The position numbers and the translations under genes were made by a program. Shown piece after piece: positions 60,948-64,000 of a stretch of DNA of 64,000 nt (position 1 is its first letter; every line of letters begins with the position of its first letter). This DNA is from Vicinamibacteria bacterium (GTDB lineage Bacteria > Acidobacteriota > Vicinamibacteria > Marinacidobacterales > Marinacidobacteraceae): assembly GCA_963668695.2 (NCBI GenBank), contig CAXXLQ010000001.1, positions 80,505-144,504 on the forward strand, given 5' to 3'. Below the pieces are notes generated by a model. The model was not told the origin of the DNA, made no database searches, and saw only the letters and a list, made by a program, of their open reading frames with translations.

Positions 60948-63569
60948 ATGTCTCTTTCCGCTACCGAACGTGCTGGCGCTGCACTGTCGCGGGCTGCAAG
61001 CCTCGCAGGAGGGCGCCCAAACCCGGAAACCACTCCCGAGCACCTGCTCGCCGCCTTGCTCGACGATGCGCCCGATGGGCTTGCTCTCCGGCTCCTTCGC
61101 CGGCTGGACGTCGAACCCTCCGCTCTGGGTCGCAACCTGGACACGGCCCTTGGTGCGCTGCCGGTGCAGCACTACGCAGCCGAGGGCTCGCCTTCCGCAT
61201 CCCAGGGGCTCGCCAAGGTGATTCACACCGCGTCGGAGGAGGCGCGAAGGCTCGGGGACGAGTTCCTGAGCGTGGAACATCTCCTCCTCGCTCTGGTCTT
61301 GCAGAAGTCGGCGGCCAGCCATGCTCTCCGCGCCGTCGGAGTGGACCGGAAGAGGCTCGAAGGAGCGATCAAGGCGGTGCGCGGTCCCGCACGCGCCTCA
61401 AGCCCCAACCCCGAGAGCGCCTACGAGCCACTCCAGAAATACGGGCGGGACCTGACGTCCCTCGCCCGTGCCGACAAACTGGACCCGGTCATCGGTCGTG
61501 ACGATGAGATCCGGCGGGTCATGCAGATCCTGTCTCGGCGTACCAAGAACAACCCGGTGCTGCTCGGGGAACCGGGAGTCGGCAAGACGGCCATCGCGGA
61601 GGGGCTGGCGCTCCGGATCGTGAAGGGTGACGTACCCGAAGGGCTCCGCGACCGGCAGGTCGTGGCGCTCGATATGGGGGCGCTCATCGCCGGTGCGAAG
61701 TTCCGGGGCGAGTTCGAAGAGCGGCTCAGGGCGGTGCTTGGCGCCGTGCAGGAGTCGGACGGAAGGGTCATTCTCTTCGTCGACGAGTTGCATACCGTCG
61801 TCGGCGCCGGCCGAACCGACGGCGCGATGGATGCCTCCAACCTGCTGAAGCCGGCGCTCGCCCGGGGGGACCTGCACTGCATCGGGGCGACCACCCTGGA
61901 CGAATACCGCCAGTACATCGAAAAGGATGCCGCGCTCGAACGGCGGTTCCAGACCGTGGTGGTTGATGAGCCCTCCGTCCCGGACACCGTGACCATCCTG
62001 CGCGGCCTCAAGGAGCGCTACGAGGTCCACCACGGCGTCCGGATCCAGGACGGCGCGCTCCTGGCCGCGGCGTCCATGTCCAGCCGTTACATCTCCGGCC
62101 GCTTCCTGCCCGACAAGGCCATCGATCTGGTGGACGAGGCGGGCGCCCGCCTGCGGACCGAGATGGACAGTGTTCCCACCAGTCTCGACGAGGTGGAGCG
62201 GAGGCTCCTGTCGCTTCAGATCGAGCGTGAGGCGCTGAAGAAGGAAAAGGACGACGCTTCGCGCAAGCGACTCACGGAACTCGAACGGCGGATCGCCGAC
62301 CTCGAAGAGGAGGCGCGAGCCCTCCGCACCCAGTGGCAGGGCGAGAAAGCGCAGCTCCTTGGGGTGCGGAGGCTTCGCGAGCGGATCGAAGAGGCGAACC
62401 TCCAGATGGAGCGGGCTGAACGCGAGCAGGACCTCGGCCGGGCGGCCGAACTCCGGTACGGGACCATCGAGGAACTGAAACGCGAACTGACGGCCGCGGA
62501 GACGCGGCTCGGTGGGCAGGACGGTCGTCTCCTTCGTGAGGAGGTGGACGCCTCCGACGTAGCCTCGGTGGTTGCGCGGTCGACGGGTATCCCGGTGGAC
62601 CGGCTGCTCGAAGGCGAGCGGGAAAAACTGCTGCGGCTGGGAGACCTGCTCCACCGCCGGGTCATCGGACAGGACGAAGGGGTACGGGCGGTGGCCGACG
62701 CGGTGGTCCGCGCTCGCGCCGGCGTCCAGGATCCGGATCGGCCGCTCGGCGCCTTCCTGTTCGCCGGCCCCACCGGGGTGGGGAAGACCGAACTCGCCCG
62801 CGCGCTCGCCGCCGAACTCTTCGATGACGAGCACGCCGTGGTGCGCCTGGACATGTCCGAGTACACCGAGAAGCACTCGGTGTCCCGGCTGACCGGGGCG
62901 CCCCCCGGATATGTCGGCTTCGAAGAGGGTGGCCAGTTGACGGAGGCGGTGCGCCGCCGGCCGTTCGCGGTTGTCCTGCTGGATGAAATCGAAAAGGCCC
63001 ACCCACAGGTGCGGACCGTGCTGCTTCAGGTGCTCGACGACGGCCGGCTCACCGACTCGCACGGCCGGCTGGTCAACTTCCGCAACACGGTACTCATCAT
63101 GACGTCGAACGTCGGGAGTGAGCGGGTGCTGGCGCTTGCCGAGGCGGGACGCGGATATGACGAGATGAAGCGCGAAGTGATTTCGGAGCTTCGGCGCGAG
63201 TTCCCGCCCGAGTTCCTGAACCGGGTGGACGAAACCGTCGTGTTCCGGAGCCTCACCCGGGACCAGGTGACCGAAATCGTGAACCTCCAGCTGGACCGGC
63301 TCCGTGAACGGGTCCGCGAGCAAGACCTCACGCTCGAGGTGACCGAGGACGCCCTCAGAGTCCTTGCCGCCGAGGGGTACGACCCGCTCTATGGCGCCCG
63401 TCCCGTTCGGCGGGTCATCCAGCACCGGGTCGAGACACCGGTCGCGCGGATGATCGTTGGCGGGGTGCTTCCGCCCGGAGCCTTGGTCGAGGTGCGGAGC
63501 GATGCCGGCGGAACGATTGAGGTCGCTCCGCGCGGGGTGGCGGACAGAGCCGAGCTGGTTCCGGCCTGA
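60948..63569 (+). CDS. clpB: ATP-dependent chaperone ClpB
   Basis: [21 protein letters not shown], coiled-coil middle domain, [20 protein letters not shown]. Confidence 0.97.
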   Translation: MSLSATERAGAALSRAASLAGGRPNPETTPEHLLAALLDDAPDGLALRLLRRLDVEPSALGRNLDTALGALPVQHYAAEGSPSASQGLAKVIHTASEEARRLGDEFLSVEHLLLALVLQKSAASHALRAVGVDRKRLEGAIKAVRGPARASSPNPESAYEPLQKYGRDLTSLARADKLDPVIGRDDEIRRVMQILSRRTKNNPVLLGEPGVGKTAIAEGLALRIVKGDVPEGLRDRQVVALDMGALIAGAKFRGEFEERLRAVLGAVQESDGRVILFVDELHTVVGAGRTDGAMDASNLLKPALARGDLHCIGATTLDEYRQYIEKDAALERRFQTVVVDEPSVPDTVTILRGLKERYEVHHGVRIQDGALLAAASMSSRYISGRFLPDKAIDLVDEAGARLRTEMDSVPTSLDEVERRLLSLQIEREALKKEKDDASRKRLTELERRIADLEEEARALRTQWQGEKAQLLGVRRLRERIEEANLQMERAEREQDLGRAAELRYGTIEELKRELTAAETRLGGQDGRLLREEVDASDVASVVARSTGIPVDRLLEGEREKLLRLGDLLHRRVIGQDEGVRAVADAVVRARAGVQDPDRPLGAFLFAGPTGVGKTELARALAAELFDDEHAVVRLDMSEYTEKHSVSRLTGAPPGYVGFEEGGQLTEAVRRRPFAVVLLDEIEKAHPQVRTVLLQVLDDGRLTDSHGRLVNFRNTVLIMTSNVGSERVLALAEAGRGYDEMKREVISELRREFPPEFLNRVDETVVFRSLTRDQVTEIVNLQLDRLRERVREQDLTLEVTEDALRVLAAEGYDPLYGARPVRRVIQHRVETPVARMIVGGVLPPGALVEVRSDAGGTIEVAPRGVADRAELVPA

Positions 63570-63580
63570 GGGGGCTGCCG

Positions 63581-64000
63581 GCAGCCGGTGGTGGAACCCA
63601 CGCGGCCCAGTTCTCCCGGTGGGGGCTCGCCCGGCGATCCATCCCGGCGAAACAGCCTGTAATGAAACTCGCGCGGCCCAGTTCTCCCGGTGGGGGCTCG
63701 ACCGGCGATCCATCCCGGCGAAACAGCCTGTAATGAAACTCGCGCGGCCCAGTTCTCCCGGTGGGGGCTCGCCCGGCGATCCATCCCGGCCAAACAACCG
63801 GTAGTGAAACCCACGCGGCCCAGTTCTCCCGGTGGGGGCTCGGCCGGCGATCCATCCCGGCTGAACCGCGTCGCTGCGCGCCGCTCATCGTTGCGTTTCG
63901 GTCGGAGTACACCCGGGCCAGTTCTCCCGGTGGGGGCTCCTCCCTCACGCGCCTTGTCAGCCGGACCCCCACCGGGAGAACTGGGCCTCGCCCCCACCGG
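63581..64000. mobile_element. MITE-like modular repeat with four 71-bp units, running off the window end
   Basis: GCAGCCGGTGGTGGAACC start; the same units as 1757-2040. Confidence 0.8.

Overview
High-GC bacterial chromosomal segment; gene content suggests Acidobacteriota, which is an inference. It carries about 45 mostly housekeeping CDSs (pyrK/pyrD/pyrF, pal, pdxST, 2-oxoacid:ferredoxin oxidoreductase, rpsA-ihfB, icmF-birA-comEC, mazG, ribF-STAS/RsbW/RsbU-cysS, ECF sigma + RND efflux, AbiE toxin-antitoxin, kbl, clpB) and a tRNA-Gly/Cys/Leu cluster followed by decayed integrase tails. Many intergenic spaces hold modular non-coding repeats. The standout is an internally deleted IS110-family element (about 56355-57494, minus strand). 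It still carries a recognisable bridge-RNA end (5' hairpin, target-binding loop, donor-binding loop) and a split circle-junction promoter. It sits exactly inside an 18-19 bp motif, CCCC(C)ACCGGGAGAACTGG, which occurs about 40 times in the window (count by eye). That motif itself looks like a micro-insertion at several non-homologous positions of two different repeat families. A separate, unexplained array of alternating 31/33-bp units lies at 58047-58638. All calls come from reading the sequence and recognising motifs; no searches were run, and many start codons are best guesses.
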